A stretch of 37,968 nt of DNA, taken from the IMG/VR virus record IMGVR_UViG_3300023174_000013, positions 1-37,968 of that record; one strand, given 5' to 3'. The notes under the pieces are model-generated. The model had not been told where the DNA came from. It saw only the letters and a program-made list of their open reading frames with translations, and did not search any database. Source of the stretch: a virus (taxonomy: Duplodnaviria; Caudoviricetes). Positions within the stretch are counted from its first letter, which is position 1; the number at the start of each line of letters is the position of its first letter. Positions 26,268 through 35,719 of the stretch are shown here, in pieces. Both the position numbers and the translations under genes were made by a program.

Positions 26268-28174
26268 GCGTAACCGTCAACCAGACAAAGCAGACGGTCA
26301 CGGTCACCCAAGGCGAAGAAACGGTCACAGTTTCGCCAGTAACTCAAACGATAGAGGTTGCTGCCGAAGGACCACAGGGCGCAACCGTCGTCAGCGTCGC
26401 TGTCGGCTCTACGACCACAGGTGCGGCAGGATCGTCAGCATCGGTCAGCAACTCAGGCTCATCAACCGCTGCCGTTTTGAACTTCACCATTCCGCAGGGC
26501 ATCCAAGGCGCAACAGGATCAACTGGTGCCACTGGAGCCACAGGGGCGACTGGAGCCACAGGGGCGACTGGCGCGAAAGGTGATAAGGGCGACACTGGCG
26601 CGACAGGATCAGCCGCTACGGTGGCTGCTGGTACGACGACGACAGGCGCAGCAGGAACTTCCGCAACGGTCACCAATAGCGGAACATCAAGTGCAGCCGT
26701 GTTTAACTTCACTATCCCTCAAGGGATTCAGGGTGCGACTGGCGCTACGGGATCAACTGGCGCTACAGGAGCGACTGGCGCGACAGGTGCGAAAGGTGAT
26801 AAGGGCGACACTGGCAACGCAGGTGCGGCTGCGACTATTGCCGTCGGATCAACCACGACAGGTGCGGCTGGAACTTCTGCCAGCGTTAGTAACAGCGGAA
26901 CATCTAGCGCAGCCGTCTTTGACTTCACAATCCCACAAGGAGCCAAAGGCGACACCGGCTCTACTGGAGCGACAGGTGCCACGGGCGCGCAAGGCATTCA
27001 GGGCATTCAGGGTATTCAGGGAGCCACAGGTGCGACAGGCGCAAAGGGCGATACAGGAGCAACTGGCGCACAAGGACCATCTGGCGTAATCGCAGTCAAT
27101 GCACCACTAACCAACGCTGGCACAAGCACCAGCGCCAACCTCAGCGTCAGCGCAGGATCAACGAGCGCGGCTGGCGTGCTGCAACTCACGGATTCAATCA
27201 GCAGCACCAGCACGACGACCGCAGCAACACCAAACAGCGTTTACACACTAGGCGGCATCGTTGATGGCGTAATTGGCAGCGTTGACAGCCTCACTACTAA
27301 TGTCAATGGTAGGGTTTCGCTTACCACTGTCACAACCAAAGGCGATCTTATTGTCGCTTCTGGTAATGCCGCAGTTGCTCGGCTTGGCGTTGGCACCAAC
27401 AACCATGTTTTGACGGCAGATTCAACTGCTCCAAACGGCATCAAGTGGGCTGCCCAAAGCGGCGGCGGTGTTTCCAGCGTCACTGGCACTGCTCCAATCG
27501 TTTCTAGCGGCGGCACAACGCCAGCCATCAGCGTCACCGCCGCATCAACCTCCGCATCTGGCGTGGTGCAACTCACGGATTCAGTCAGCAGCACCAGCAC
27601 GACGACGGCGGCAACGCCAAATTCCGTATTGCAGTCAATGAAGAACTACCAAGCAAGCGCATACAACAGCACCACGCGAATTGCTAATTTGCCACTATAC
27701 ATGGTGACCACAACAACATCTCTGGCTTCTGGATTTGTGGTCTTTACTAGGTTTATTCCGGAAAGAAACTTCACGGTGTCTAATGTTATTTGGTGCAGTG
27801 CGACGACCGCTTCAGCAAGTTTGACGCTTTGCAGGTTCGGAATTTACACAAGAAGCGGCACTACAATGACTCTTGTTGCTCGTACAGCATCGGATACGAC
27901 CATTTTCAACACCACCAATACGCGCTACACTCGTGCGCTTGATACGACAGGTGGTTATCCAGCAACCTACGACTTTGTTGCAGGGTCAGAATACTTCACT
28001 GCCGTAATTCAGGTTGGATCAACTCCTGCAAACCTCAACAGTTGTCTTGCTGGAACTGCGTCAGCGAACGCTATCAACGGCACGCATACATTCACTACTT
28101 CAGGTGCTACAGATTTGCCAACTTCTGCAACACCAACCCAGCAAAACTTTCGCGCATACGCTGAGGTGTCCTGA
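26264..28174 (+). CDS. Collagen-like tail fibre
   Basis: Gly-X-Y runs ([14 protein letters not shown]); three TTTGAAG...FTIPQG blocks; two [23 protein letters not shown] repeats. Confidence 0.9.
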   Translation: MSVTVNQTKQTVTVTQGEETVTVSPVTQTIEVAAEGPQGATVVSVAVGSTTTGAAGSSASVSNSGSSTAAVLNFTIPQGIQGATGSTGATGATGATGATGATGAKGDKGDTGATGSAATVAAGTTTTGAAGTSATVTNSGTSSAAVFNFTIPQGIQGATGATGSTGATGATGATGAKGDKGDTGNAGAAATIAVGSTTTGAAGTSASVSNSGTSSAAVFDFTIPQGAKGDTGSTGATGATGAQGIQGIQGIQGATGATGAKGDTGATGAQGPSGVIAVNAPLTNAGTSTSANLSVSAGSTSAAGVLQLTDSISSTSTTTAATPNSVYTLGGIVDGVIGSVDSLTTNVNGRVSLTTVTTKGDLIVASGNAAVARLGVGTNNHVLTADSTAPNGIKWAAQSGGGVSSVTGTAPIVSSGGTTPAISVTAASTSASGVVQLTDSVSSTSTTTAATPNSVLQSMKNYQASAYNSTTRIANLPLYMVTTTTSLASGFVVFTRFIPERNFTVSNVIWCSATTASASLTLCRFGIYTRSGTTMTLVARTASDTTIFNTTNTRYTRALDTTGGYPATYDFVAGSEYFTAVIQVGSTPANLNSCLAGTASANAINGTHTFTTSGATDLPTSATPTQQNFRAYAEVS

Positions 28175-28311
28175 TGCCAGTCATTACTGAACCAGCCGTG
28201 TATGATCCAGTGAACGATGAGTGGTTGCAGATTGTGCGCGATGCCGAGACTGGCGAAGTGATTGGCACAAATACGCGCAAAACGCCATTTGATGATGAGG
28301 TTCCAAAGTGA
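28174..28311 (+). CDS. 45-aa acidic protein after the fibre gene (absent from the ORF track)
   Basis: TGATG coupling; [45 protein letters not shown]. Confidence 0.65.
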   Translation: MPVITEPAVYDPVNDEWLQIVRDAETGEVIGTNTRKTPFDDEVPK

Positions 28312-28378
28312 CCTCCGCTCTTACCCTTGAGTTCGCAGCCCGCGTGATTGCCGCGCTGATTAAAGGGGGAAACGCCTG

Positions 28379-29512
28379 ATGCCTTTGTACAGGGTTGCAA
28401 GCCAGTTATACAGCGACAGCGAAGCCCAGTTGAAGGGGGCTAAACAGATTCTGGACGATTGCACATGGTCATCCTGCGCGGCAGCCATCGGCTGGAGTTC
28501 CCAGTATGAGGTATCCCCGACAGCCGCAGAAGCCGTGATCGCCATGAAGAAGGTCACAGGTCGCAAGGATGTGCAGGGTGTCTCCGATAACGGCGGCTCT
28601 CTTGCAGAAGCCGTCAAGGTCATTGCACACTTTGGTGGCAAGGCGCGTTACGCCAAATCATGGGATGACGCAGTTGCCGCAGCAAAGGACGGGGCAGCCC
28701 TCATGTTGTGGGTGCAACAGCCGGTGTCCTACCCAGCGGGAGTGAAGATCAGCGCGTGGCACGACCGCTGGTTTAAGTGGTGGAGCAAACATTCGCCAGA
28801 GAAGATTCGCCTTGGATACGGACACATGACCAGCGCGGGCTGGTGTGAAGACCACGGGTTCCAATGGGCTTGCCCAACTCGCGATACAAAGGTAGCCGCC
28901 GAGAGATACGGCGTGCCAGTGAGCGAAGAGCAGTTGCGCCAGATTGCCAATAGCAAGGTCAAGGCTGGCAAATTGAAGGCTGACTTCAAGGCGATCCTGA
29001 TCGTCACGCATCCGAGCAGGAAGATTGCCCCTGCAACCCCTGCTTCAGTTGCCCCTACGACCCCTATTTCCGCCACGCAGAGCGCCGTCATTGTTGATCC
29101 GCCGTCAACACCAGTTCCCGCAAAGAAAGTCATTGAGGCTGACCCTGCGTTGAGCGCGGCAGTTGCTGGGCTTGAGCGTGTAGACTGGGGCGCGAAGGCT
29201 GGTCAAGCCGCTGACGCTATTGGACATGCGGTTGAGTCAACGAAAGGACAAATCGGCATGAATCGTGTATTTGGGGTTATCAAAGCGATTAAGGAGAGCA
29301 CAGGTCTGGACGAGGCAGTTCTGGAGGCAGCCCGTGTGTTCCTAAGCACATGCATTGCCATGATGCTCGCTACAGGATCGCCTCTGCTGGACATGAGCAC
29401 GGGCGACTTCAAGGTTGTAGTCAGCGGTGGTCTCGCCGCAGCCCTCAATGTGGTGGTACGCTTCCTACAGCCGACCGATAGTCAGTTTGGCGTTAAACCC
29501 AAAGGGAAGTAA
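28379..29512 (+). CDS. Putative lysin: C39-like cysteine peptidase domain, Pro/Ala linker, holin-like membrane C-terminus
   Basis: SQL...DDCTWSSCAA, GHMT; C-terminal ARVFLSTCIAMMLA and VVVSGGLAAALNVVVRFLQP.D..FG. Confidence 0.65.
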   Translation: MPLYRVASQLYSDSEAQLKGAKQILDDCTWSSCAAAIGWSSQYEVSPTAAEAVIAMKKVTGRKDVQGVSDNGGSLAEAVKVIAHFGGKARYAKSWDDAVAAAKDGAALMLWVQQPVSYPAGVKISAWHDRWFKWWSKHSPEKIRLGYGHMTSAGWCEDHGFQWACPTRDTKVAAERYGVPVSEEQLRQIANSKVKAGKLKADFKAILIVTHPSRKIAPATPASVAPTTPISATQSAVIVDPPSTPVPAKKVIEADPALSAAVAGLERVDWGAKAGQAADAIGHAVESTKGQIGMNRVFGVIKAIKESTGLDEAVLEAARVFLSTCIAMMLATGSPLLDMSTGDFKVVVSGGLAAALNVVVRFLQPTDSQFGVKPKGK

Positions 29513-29533
29513 TCGGAACATAGGGAGGCAGAG

Positions 29534-29761
29534 ATGAATAAAGAACTAGAGTCCATCCTCGCGCTGTCCATTGTTAAACGGGCTAAATGTTGGAGAGAGC
29601 GCCTGACCGACGATGAGTTGGGCAAGGTGATTGACGAGGCGCTTGCTCACCCTGACATCACTTCAGCGGCTGTGGTCTTGTACCTAAAACAGCGTGGAGT
29701 TGCCATTGGTCAGAATGTTGTTGCGCGACACCGACGCGGCAATTGCGCGTGTAACCGATGA
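29534..29761 (+). CDS. Small hypothetical protein ending RHRRGNCAC
   Basis: GGGAGG RBS; ATGA overlap with the next gene. Confidence 0.75.
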   Translation: MNKELESILALSIVKRAKCWRERLTDDELGKVIDEALAHPDITSAAVVLYLKQRGVAIGQNVVARHRRGNCACNR

Positions 29762-30954
29762 GCGAGAAGATCAACGAGTTGCTGGCGTTGCAGCAGCAAT
29801 TAGATGCGCGGTCACCAAAACGCAAACACCCAGACGGATGGGAACCCGGCGTTGAACTTAACGGCGCAAGTGGAAGAATCACCGCGCGCTCTCTAACTCA
29901 AGAGCCAGATTGGTCGCTTGTGCTTACTGAGTTGGGTCTAGACCCTGCTGTTTACGATGTTGCTAAAGACACCGTAAGCGTTCGCTCATGGGATACGCCT
30001 ACGGCTGAAGGGCTTCAACGAGCGTTCTACTTCCGCGCCGATGTCAGCCTGAAGAAGGCTCCCTCTGGAGTTGACGAAGCGCTAGAGCGCATGGTTAAGC
30101 GCCGCAAGCCAAAGGTTCTGCCAGATACGGCGGGCGAGTCATTGCTGACGGTGGTCATTGGCGACCTGCAAATTGGCAAAGAGGGAACTGCGGCAACCAT
30201 TGACCGATTCGGTCTAGCCATTACCGAGGTAGAGGAGCGGTGGGCAGAGTTGCGACGGCAAGGGCGACCGTTGGGCGGAATCTTTGTCGCATGCCTTGGC
30301 GACCTTGTTGAGCAAGTTGCTGGTCATTACCCAAACCAGACATTTACCGCCGAGTTGGATCATGGTCAGCAAGTGCGCGTCATGCGCCGATTGCTGGTTG
30401 AGGCACTTGTTCGGTGGAGCAAATTGCCAAACCTTGCTCGCATCATTGTTGCCGCAGTTCCGGGCAATCATGGCGAGCAACGCCCAGTGTTGACTGGCGT
30501 TACCGACAACGACGATTTAGCAATTGTGGAAATGGCGGCGGACATACTTGGCGCTAACCCAGAGGCGTTTGGTCATGTGCGATTTGTCATAGCCAATGGA
30601 CTCACCCAGACCATTCAGCCCATTGAAGGCGGTCCGATTATTGGCATGGCGCATGGTCACCAGTCGGGATCGGGCGCAACGCCGCAAGCACGAGTGCAGA
30701 AATGGTGGAGCGGTCAGGCTCTTGGTCAAACCGCGATAGGCGACGCAGACATCCTGCTCACTGGTCACTACCATTCGCTTCAGTTGGCAACGGTGGGTCG
30801 CAGGACATGGATGCAATGCCCAGCGTTGGACTCAGGCTCCCAGTGGTTTACCGAGCGATACGGCATTGGAGATTCGCCCGCTGGCGTGTTGACCTTTGTG
30901 TTGACAAAGAAGGGTTGGGAAGACCTTGCAGTGTTAAGTTGCGAAGAAGCCTAA
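29758..30954 (+). CDS. Calcineurin-like metallophosphoesterase
   Basis: GDLQIG, LGDLVE, PGNHGE, AHGH, TGHYH motifs in canonical order. Confidence 0.9.
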   Translation: MSEKINELLALQQQLDARSPKRKHPDGWEPGVELNGASGRITARSLTQEPDWSLVLTELGLDPAVYDVAKDTVSVRSWDTPTAEGLQRAFYFRADVSLKKAPSGVDEALERMVKRRKPKVLPDTAGESLLTVVIGDLQIGKEGTAATIDRFGLAITEVEERWAELRRQGRPLGGIFVACLGDLVEQVAGHYPNQTFTAELDHGQQVRVMRRLLVEALVRWSKLPNLARIIVAAVPGNHGEQRPVLTGVTDNDDLAIVEMAADILGANPEAFGHVRFVIANGLTQTIQPIEGGPIIGMAHGHQSGSGATPQARVQKWWSGQALGQTAIGDADILLTGHYHSLQLATVGRRTWMQCPALDSGSQWFTERYGIGDSPAGVLTFVLTKKGWEDLAVLSCEEA

Positions 30955-31034
30955 AAGGCTTGTCAAGCCCCCTCTTTCTGAGCGTGAGTTTCCACAAACC
31001 TGAGCGTGGACTTCAAAAATCCCAAAAACCCATT

Positions 31035-31043
31035 TGATACAAT
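31035..31043 (+). promoter_or_regulatory. Putative extended -10 promoter
   Basis: TG-A-TACAAT in an AT-rich intergenic stretch upstream of ORF 31104. Confidence 0.5.
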
Positions 31044-31103
31044 TACCGTAGACCGAAAGGTTGTAGGGCTTGTCAGCCCGCCTTGGTCAGTGGAGGTATC
31101 AGG

Positions 31104-31280
31104 ATGAAGGCTCCTGAACAGAACGATTGGGCAGCCGCGATGGCAGCCCTCCGCGAGCAGATGCAGCCCATCTGCCCAAACAATAATCGGCATGGGGCAG
31201 CCCTACCCGATTCCAAAGGCGCAGTTCGTTGCGCTACTTGTTCCGCTCAACGGGGTCGGCACGCCCGCCGCTGGGTGTAA
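31104..31280 (+). CDS. Small Zn-ribbon-like protein (58 aa)
   Basis: GGAGGT RBS; CPNNNRH...CATC. Confidence 0.6.
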   Translation: MKAPEQNDWAAAMAALREQMQPICPNNNRHGAALPDSKGAVRCATCSAQRGRHARRWV

Positions 31281-31304
31281 CAATTAACTCCCCTTTATGG
31301 GGGG

Positions 31305-31334
31305 TTGACGCGGGATTCCCCATGGTTGTAAGGT
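31305..31334 (+). promoter_or_regulatory. Putative sigma70-type early promoter
   Basis: TTGACG-18 nt-TAAGGT, then hairpin GCCGAGGG/CCCTTGGC and (GGAA)n RBS. Confidence 0.6.
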
Positions 31335-31384
31335 TGCGGTAGCCGAGGGGAGTTCCCTTGGCAAAGGAAGGAAGGAAGGCACAC

Positions 31385-31753
31385 ATGACCCAGTTGACGA
31401 AGGAAGAAAAAGCAAAGGCTCTCAACATCTGGTCACGCATGTCGGACATGATGCAGTCGCATGTTCTCATGGACATTGAGTACCGAGAGCGCCGTCGTAA
31501 TTGCTGCGAGCCGTATGACTGCATGTGCCACGAACTTTGTGGCATGGAGGGCATGGGCTATTGCAACGGATGCGAGTACGGTGCAGAGTTGTCGCGCATT
31601 ACCAGTAGCGTTTCGCCGCTTGTTTGGAGGCTGGCTGACGAAATGCATTTGGAGAACCAGCGTCAACTAGTCGCTCATGAGTTGCAGACCATTAAAGATT
31701 TGGAATCCGTTGGCGACTACGCAGCGGCACAGAGAATTTGGGAGGGTGCATGA
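31385..31753 (+). CDS. Cys-rich early hypothetical protein
   Basis: ATG 31385 after GGAAGGAAGG; seven Cys in ~25 aa. Confidence 0.7.
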   Translation: MTQLTKEEKAKALNIWSRMSDMMQSHVLMDIEYRERRRNCCEPYDCMCHELCGMEGMGYCNGCEYGAELSRITSSVSPLVWRLADEMHLENQRQLVAHELQTIKDLESVGDYAAAQRIWEGA

Positions 31754-31953
31754 CCGCAACAATCACGATCCCCGAAGGGGAAGACTTTGCCGTATGCAGT
31801 TGCGGCAACGATGTCATGAAGGATGCGTTTGCAACAGTTGATGCCAACGGAAACGAAGTAGAGCCAGAGGTTGGCGGTGGTTGGGTTGGTCATCTTCAGT
31901 GCAACGCATGCAAAGCAATCGCCAATGTTCTTGGCGGGAAGGAGAACTCATGA
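31750..31953 (+). CDS. Small Zn-ribbon hypothetical protein
   Basis: CSCGN...CNAC; ATGA overlap; GGAGGG RBS. Confidence 0.7.
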   Translation: MTATITIPEGEDFAVCSCGNDVMKDAFATVDANGNEVEPEVGGGWVGHLQCNACKAIANVLGGKENS

Positions 31954-32222
31954 GCGGGTTTAAAACGATTCAGGACAAAGCCTTGGCGAGTACGCTGGGA
32001 AAGCGCGGCAAGATTGCCCGCATTGACTACGACGCGGCAACGATTGCCATGGTGTCTGGTCAGATTGTGGCGATTGAGGCTGAAAGCAAAGAGGAGGCTT
32101 ACCGCATCCGAGCAACTGCGATTGACGCGCTAAAGAAGCGATTTCCTAACGGCGTTAAGACAAGGATTGCCGTGGTTAACGGGAAGTGGAGCGCGCTGTT
32201 TGGCGCAAAGGAGGCAAAGTGA
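31950..32222 (+). CDS. Hypothetical protein
   Basis: ATGA overlap; AAGGAG RBS. Confidence 0.7.
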   Translation: MSGFKTIQDKALASTLGKRGKIARIDYDAATIAMVSGQIVAIEAESKEEAYRIRATAIDALKKRFPNGVKTRIAVVNGKWSALFGAKEAK

Positions 32223-32353
32223 ATCAGACCTACAAGGAACTAAAAGATGCAGCACGGGCGAAGAAACATGCAGACGAGCGATTCCGCGTTCAGTTGATTT
32301 GCCTTGGCATTGTCATGCTGGTGTGGATTGCCTTTGAGGTGGTGAACTCATGA
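32219..32353 (+). CDS. 44-aa membrane-anchored protein (absent from the ORF track)
   Basis: GTGA overlap, GGAGG RBS; C-terminal LICLGIVMLVWIAF. Confidence 0.6.
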   Translation: MNQTYKELKDAARAKKHADERFRVQLICLGIVMLVWIAFEVVNS

Positions 32354-32496
32354 CTGACATCATTTACGCATGGAGAAAACCAACTAGCCTTGAGGTAGAG
32401 GCTGCCAAGTTGAGAAAAAAGCGCCGCGACAAGTTGATGGTTGGACTACTTGCGGCAGTGACAATTGCAGTAGCCGTAATTGTAGGGAGGGCATGA
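32350..32496 (+). CDS. 48-aa membrane-anchored protein (absent from the ORF track)
   Basis: ATGA overlaps at both ends; basic stretch then LMVGLLAAVTIAVAVIVG. Confidence 0.6.
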   Translation: MTDIIYAWRKPTSLEVEAAKLRKKRRDKLMVGLLAAVTIAVAVIVGRA

Positions 32497-32780
32497 TGCC
32501 TAAATGGAAGGCGGCTAAACAGCAGCAAAAGACACTTTCAATGTTTCACCGCATTACAACTCTGAAACATCAGATTTTCTGGGTGGCGGATGACGGCGAC
32601 GGTCCAGTATTTGCGCGGTGGGATGGTCCGGGGCATCCGTTGATGCTCTCATTGGGTAGCGCGTTCTACTCTGCGACTTCGGCGGCAGAGATGAAGGTAT
32701 TGGCGACCGAAGCAGATGCAGAAGCCATTTTGCGATGGTTTGAGAAGGAGGCAGAACATGAGTCCAGCCAAGCCCAGTAA
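32493..32780 (+). CDS. Hypothetical protein
   Basis: GGGAGG RBS; operon-style overlaps. Confidence 0.65.
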   Translation: MMPKWKAAKQQQKTLSMFHRITTLKHQIFWVADDGDGPVFARWDGPGHPLMLSLGSAFYSATSAAEMKVLATEADAEAILRWFEKEAEHESSQAQ

Positions 32781-33648
32781 AACAATTGACCCAGCGCGAA
32801 AGGGTTTAAGCAAGTCAACAATTACTGCTGCTGACTGGTGCGGTCGCAAGGCGGTCTACCTTGAGCAGGTGCGCGATAAAGATGGAAAACGAGTTCATGC
32901 GGCAATGCCAGAGCGGGTTCACTTTGGCTCTGCGGTTGATGATGCAACGCAATCGCTCATGCTTTGGTACGACACCGACAAGCGCATCCGCATGGAGGAA
33001 ATCAGCATTGCGGCACGCAATGGCGTTGAAAGCGTCAAGGGAAAGCAGTTCACAGATGCCGTTGATTGGGATGTGTTCACGGAAGAGGTGGAGTTGGCAA
33101 CGGCACTCTTCGCGGAGTGGTTGGTAACCAAGGCTCATCAGTCATTGCCCCTTGATCAGGGGTTGGTCACTCAGGGCATTAACGGCGAGAGCCTCAAAGT
33201 TAAGTTGCCACAGGCTGGTTTGGTCATTGGCACACCCGACGCGATTTATGCGCCGTTCACCGAGCACGCAGTCATTCTTGACATCAAGACTGGTCAGCGT
33301 GCCAAGTCAATGCTAGACCTGCACGGTTCGGAGATGCGGTTTTACGCCGCTCTTTACGCCAAGCAGTTCCCCGATGCGCCATTGCCAAGGTTGGCGTTGT
33401 TGTCGTATTCGCGACCAAAGGTTGCATGGAGCCTTGTAATGCGTCAGGCAACGCCAGAGGATGTGGCGCTGGGAGTGCTATCTGCTCAGGTGGTGGCGAA
33501 GTCAATCAAGGGAAAACCAGAGCACGCAACATTCAACACGCAGCAGTGCAAGTCATGTCAGTATGCCGTTCCGCTACCCGACTACGGGTTCGGCGGCTGT
33601 GAAGTAGGACGCATGTCCTTGAAGGAGGAGAGCAATGGGGAAGCCTGA
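32758..33648 (+). CDS. PD-(D/E)XK exonuclease (RecB/Cas4-like)
   Basis: LSKSTI..WC, FGSAVD, IGTPDAI, ILDIKTG, YAALY, CKSCQY; AGGAGG before ATG 32758. Confidence 0.85.
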   Translation: MSPAKPSKTIDPARKGLSKSTITAADWCGRKAVYLEQVRDKDGKRVHAAMPERVHFGSAVDDATQSLMLWYDTDKRIRMEEISIAARNGVESVKGKQFTDAVDWDVFTEEVELATALFAEWLVTKAHQSLPLDQGLVTQGINGESLKVKLPQAGLVIGTPDAIYAPFTEHAVILDIKTGQRAKSMLDLHGSEMRFYAALYAKQFPDAPLPRLALLSYSRPKVAWSLVMRQATPEDVALGVLSAQVVAKSIKGKPEHATFNTQQCKSCQYAVPLPDYGFGGCEVGRMSLKEESNGEA

Positions 33649-34264
33649 TCTTTCGGATTACATAGATGTAGCGGCACGGATTACCGCATTCAAGGAGCAG
33701 TTCCCAGAAGGATCATTGCAGTCAGAGATGTTGCACCTCAGCGACAAGGCAGTGGTGTTCAAGGCGTATGCCTATCGGGATCGCGAAGACACCCGACCCG
33801 GAGTTGGTCACGCATCGGAAATTATTCCCGGTGCAACGCCGTACACACGAGGTTCGGAGGTGATGGTGTGCGAAACCTCAGCATGGGGGCGAGCAATCGC
33901 CGCGTTGGGTTTTGAAGTCAAGAAGGGTGTTGCCAGCCGCGAAGAAGTATTCGCCGCGCAGCAGCGCCAGATTGGCGACGACAGCCGACTCCGAGAAGCC
34001 GCCACGAAGGTGTTTGACGAGCCAGTGCGTACCGCGCCAGAGGGGCAAGAAGAGGTGTACGACATGGCGCTCAAGGCGATTCGGTTCATTGCGCCAGATG
34101 AGGACGCGGCATGCCCGCGCCATAAGTTGGCATGGGTACACCGCAACGGCACAACTGCCGACGGACGGGAGTACGACTTCTGGGCTTGCCCAGCCCCAAA
34201 GAGTTCCGAGGGGTACTGCAAGCAGCGCCCGTCAATCGCGTGGTCAAACGCCAAAAAGGGGTGA
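33635..34264 (+). CDS. Probable single-strand annealing protein (Sak/Rad52-like) with C-terminal Zn ribbon
   Basis: DYIDVAARI..F...FPEG, CETSAWGRAIAALG; CPRH...FWAC..C; adjacent to exonuclease. Confidence 0.7.
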   Translation: MGKPDLSDYIDVAARITAFKEQFPEGSLQSEMLHLSDKAVVFKAYAYRDREDTRPGVGHASEIIPGATPYTRGSEVMVCETSAWGRAIAALGFEVKKGVASREEVFAAQQRQIGDDSRLREAATKVFDEPVRTAPEGQEEVYDMALKAIRFIAPDEDAACPRHKLAWVHRNGTTADGREYDFWACPAPKSSEGYCKQRPSIAWSNAKKG

Positions 34265-34284
34265 TTTGAGCACAAAATAGGGTA

Positions 34285-34313
34285 TTGACTTACGGCTCAA
34301 GCGGGTAGACAAT
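34285..34313 (+). promoter_or_regulatory. Putative sigma70-type promoter
   Basis: TTGACT-17 nt-GACAAT, then hairpin and GGAAGGAAGGAG RBS. Confidence 0.6.
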
Positions 34314-34355
34314 TGGCGTAGCCCGCTTGGGCTGTAGGAAGGAAGGAGCCTAGAG

Positions 34356-34718
34356 ATGAACAAGCGTTACAACTTCAAAACCCAGAAGGGAATTCGCGAG
34401 CATTGCGCCGACCGAGGCGAAGGCGTAATGCCAGCAGCCGATTTGGTCAACCATTTCCCGTTTGTTGGTCAGCCAGCAACTTTTCACATTGGAAGCGACT
34501 CGTACGCCGACGAGGTGGTGCGAGTGGACTTCAAGAAGGACGGAACCTTTAAGCAGGTGGTCACCAAGCGCGGCACTTTCGTTGAAAAGGTCAGCCCAAA
34601 TTGCCATAGCACGCTAGACGGCACGGGTTGGTATCACGAAACTTTCCTTGATTCGCTCAAGGGCAGCGGTTGGATTGAGTTGGGAGTTGCGAAGACTTAC
34701 CTAGACCCAAGTTTCTAA
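34356..34718 (+). CDS. Hypothetical phage protein
   Basis: 120 aa, strong RBS; VGQPAT..IGSDSY...YLDPSF. Confidence 0.8.
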   Translation: MNKRYNFKTQKGIREHCADRGEGVMPAADLVNHFPFVGQPATFHIGSDSYADEVVRVDFKKDGTFKQVVTKRGTFVEKVSPNCHSTLDGTGWYHETFLDSLKGSGWIELGVAKTYLDPSF

Positions 34719-34726
34719 TTGGAGTT

Positions 34727-34766
34727 CCGTTTGCGCGGGTTGCCAGTGCGGCAGCCCGCGCAACGG
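34727..34766 (+). other. GC-rich intergenic hairpin before the methyltransferase RBS
   Basis: TTGCGCGGGTTGCC (34731-34744) pairs with GGCAGCCCGCGCAA (34750-34763), one G-U pair. Confidence 0.6.
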
Positions 34767-34778
34767 TTGGAGGAAGGC

Positions 34779-35705
34779 ATGATTCATTATTCTGACGATT
34801 CGCTCACTATCAGAGTTGGCGATTGCCGCGCCGAGATGCAGCAGATGGATGCGGAAAGCGTTCAAACTTGCGTGACCTCGCCGCCTTATTGGGGCTTGCG
34901 AGATTATGGCGACGACAACCAGTTGGGGTTAGAGAAAACCCCAGAGGCGTATGTTGCCAACATGGTTGATGTGTTCCGAGAAGTGAAGCGGGTGCTAAAA
35001 CATGACGGCACTTTGTGGCTCAATTTAGGCGATTCTTATTCAGGAAGCGGTAAAGGTCCGGCTGGAAATTTGGGAAAAACTCACAACGAGCGCCACATGG
35101 AAGGCAAGCATTCCGCAATCATCCCTGATGGACTCAAGCCTAAAGACCTTGTTGGTATTCCTTGGCGAGTAGCCTTTGCTTTGCAAGCAGACGGCTGGTA
35201 TTTGCGCTCCGACATCATTTGGCATAAACCAAATCCAATGCCCGAAAGCGTTACCGACCGCCCAACAAAAGCGCATGAGTACATGTTCCTGTTGGCAAAG
35301 AACAAAAGTTATTACTACGACCACGAAGCAATTAAGCAGCCAGTCAAGCAGGATTGGGGTACGAGAGACCGAACCGACGGCAAGTATCACAACGAGGGAA
35401 GCGGACTTGCTCCTCATAGCGGGCTTGAGAAGAGTTATGAGTCAGCCAACAAGCGTTCCGTGTGGACGGTTCCAACAAAGCCGTATGCAGGTGCTCACTT
35501 TGCCGTATTTCCGCCTGAACTCATTGAGCCGTGCATTCTCGCTGGCGCTCCGCAAGGCGGTGTAGTGCTTGATCCGTTTGGCGGAAGCGGCACAACTGGC
35601 ATGGTGGCAAACAAGTTGGGTCGCAAAGCGGTGCTCATTGAGTTAAACCCGAATTATGTGGAGCAGATTAAGGAACGAACTTCCCAAGCGGCTCTTGGGC
35701 TGTAG
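34779..35705 (+). CDS. Orphan DNA methyltransferase, N4-C/N6-A family (beta motif order)
   Basis: VTSPPYW catalytic motif near N-terminus, VLDPFGGSGTT SAM motif near C-terminus; GGAGGAAGG RBS. Confidence 0.95.
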   Translation: MIHYSDDSLTIRVGDCRAEMQQMDAESVQTCVTSPPYWGLRDYGDDNQLGLEKTPEAYVANMVDVFREVKRVLKHDGTLWLNLGDSYSGSGKGPAGNLGKTHNERHMEGKHSAIIPDGLKPKDLVGIPWRVAFALQADGWYLRSDIIWHKPNPMPESVTDRPTKAHEYMFLLAKNKSYYYDHEAIKQPVKQDWGTRDRTDGKYHNEGSGLAPHSGLEKSYESANKRSVWTVPTKPYAGAHFAVFPPELIEPCILAGAPQGGVVLDPFGGSGTTGMVANKLGRKAVLIELNPNYVEQIKERTSQAALGL

Positions 35706-35719
35706 AAAGGAGGGCAATC

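Noticed and set aside
26264-28174. Diversity-generating retroelement target or novel repeat in the fibre gene
   Set aside because: No reverse transcriptase; the repeats are ordinary collagen and fibre repeats without adenine-specific differences.
32758-33648. Cas4 implying a CRISPR system
   Set aside because: Solo PD-(D/E)XK nuclease next to an annealing protein is a routine phage recombination pair.
34779-35705. Complete restriction-modification system
   Set aside because: No adjacent endonuclease; orphan methyltransferases are common in phages.
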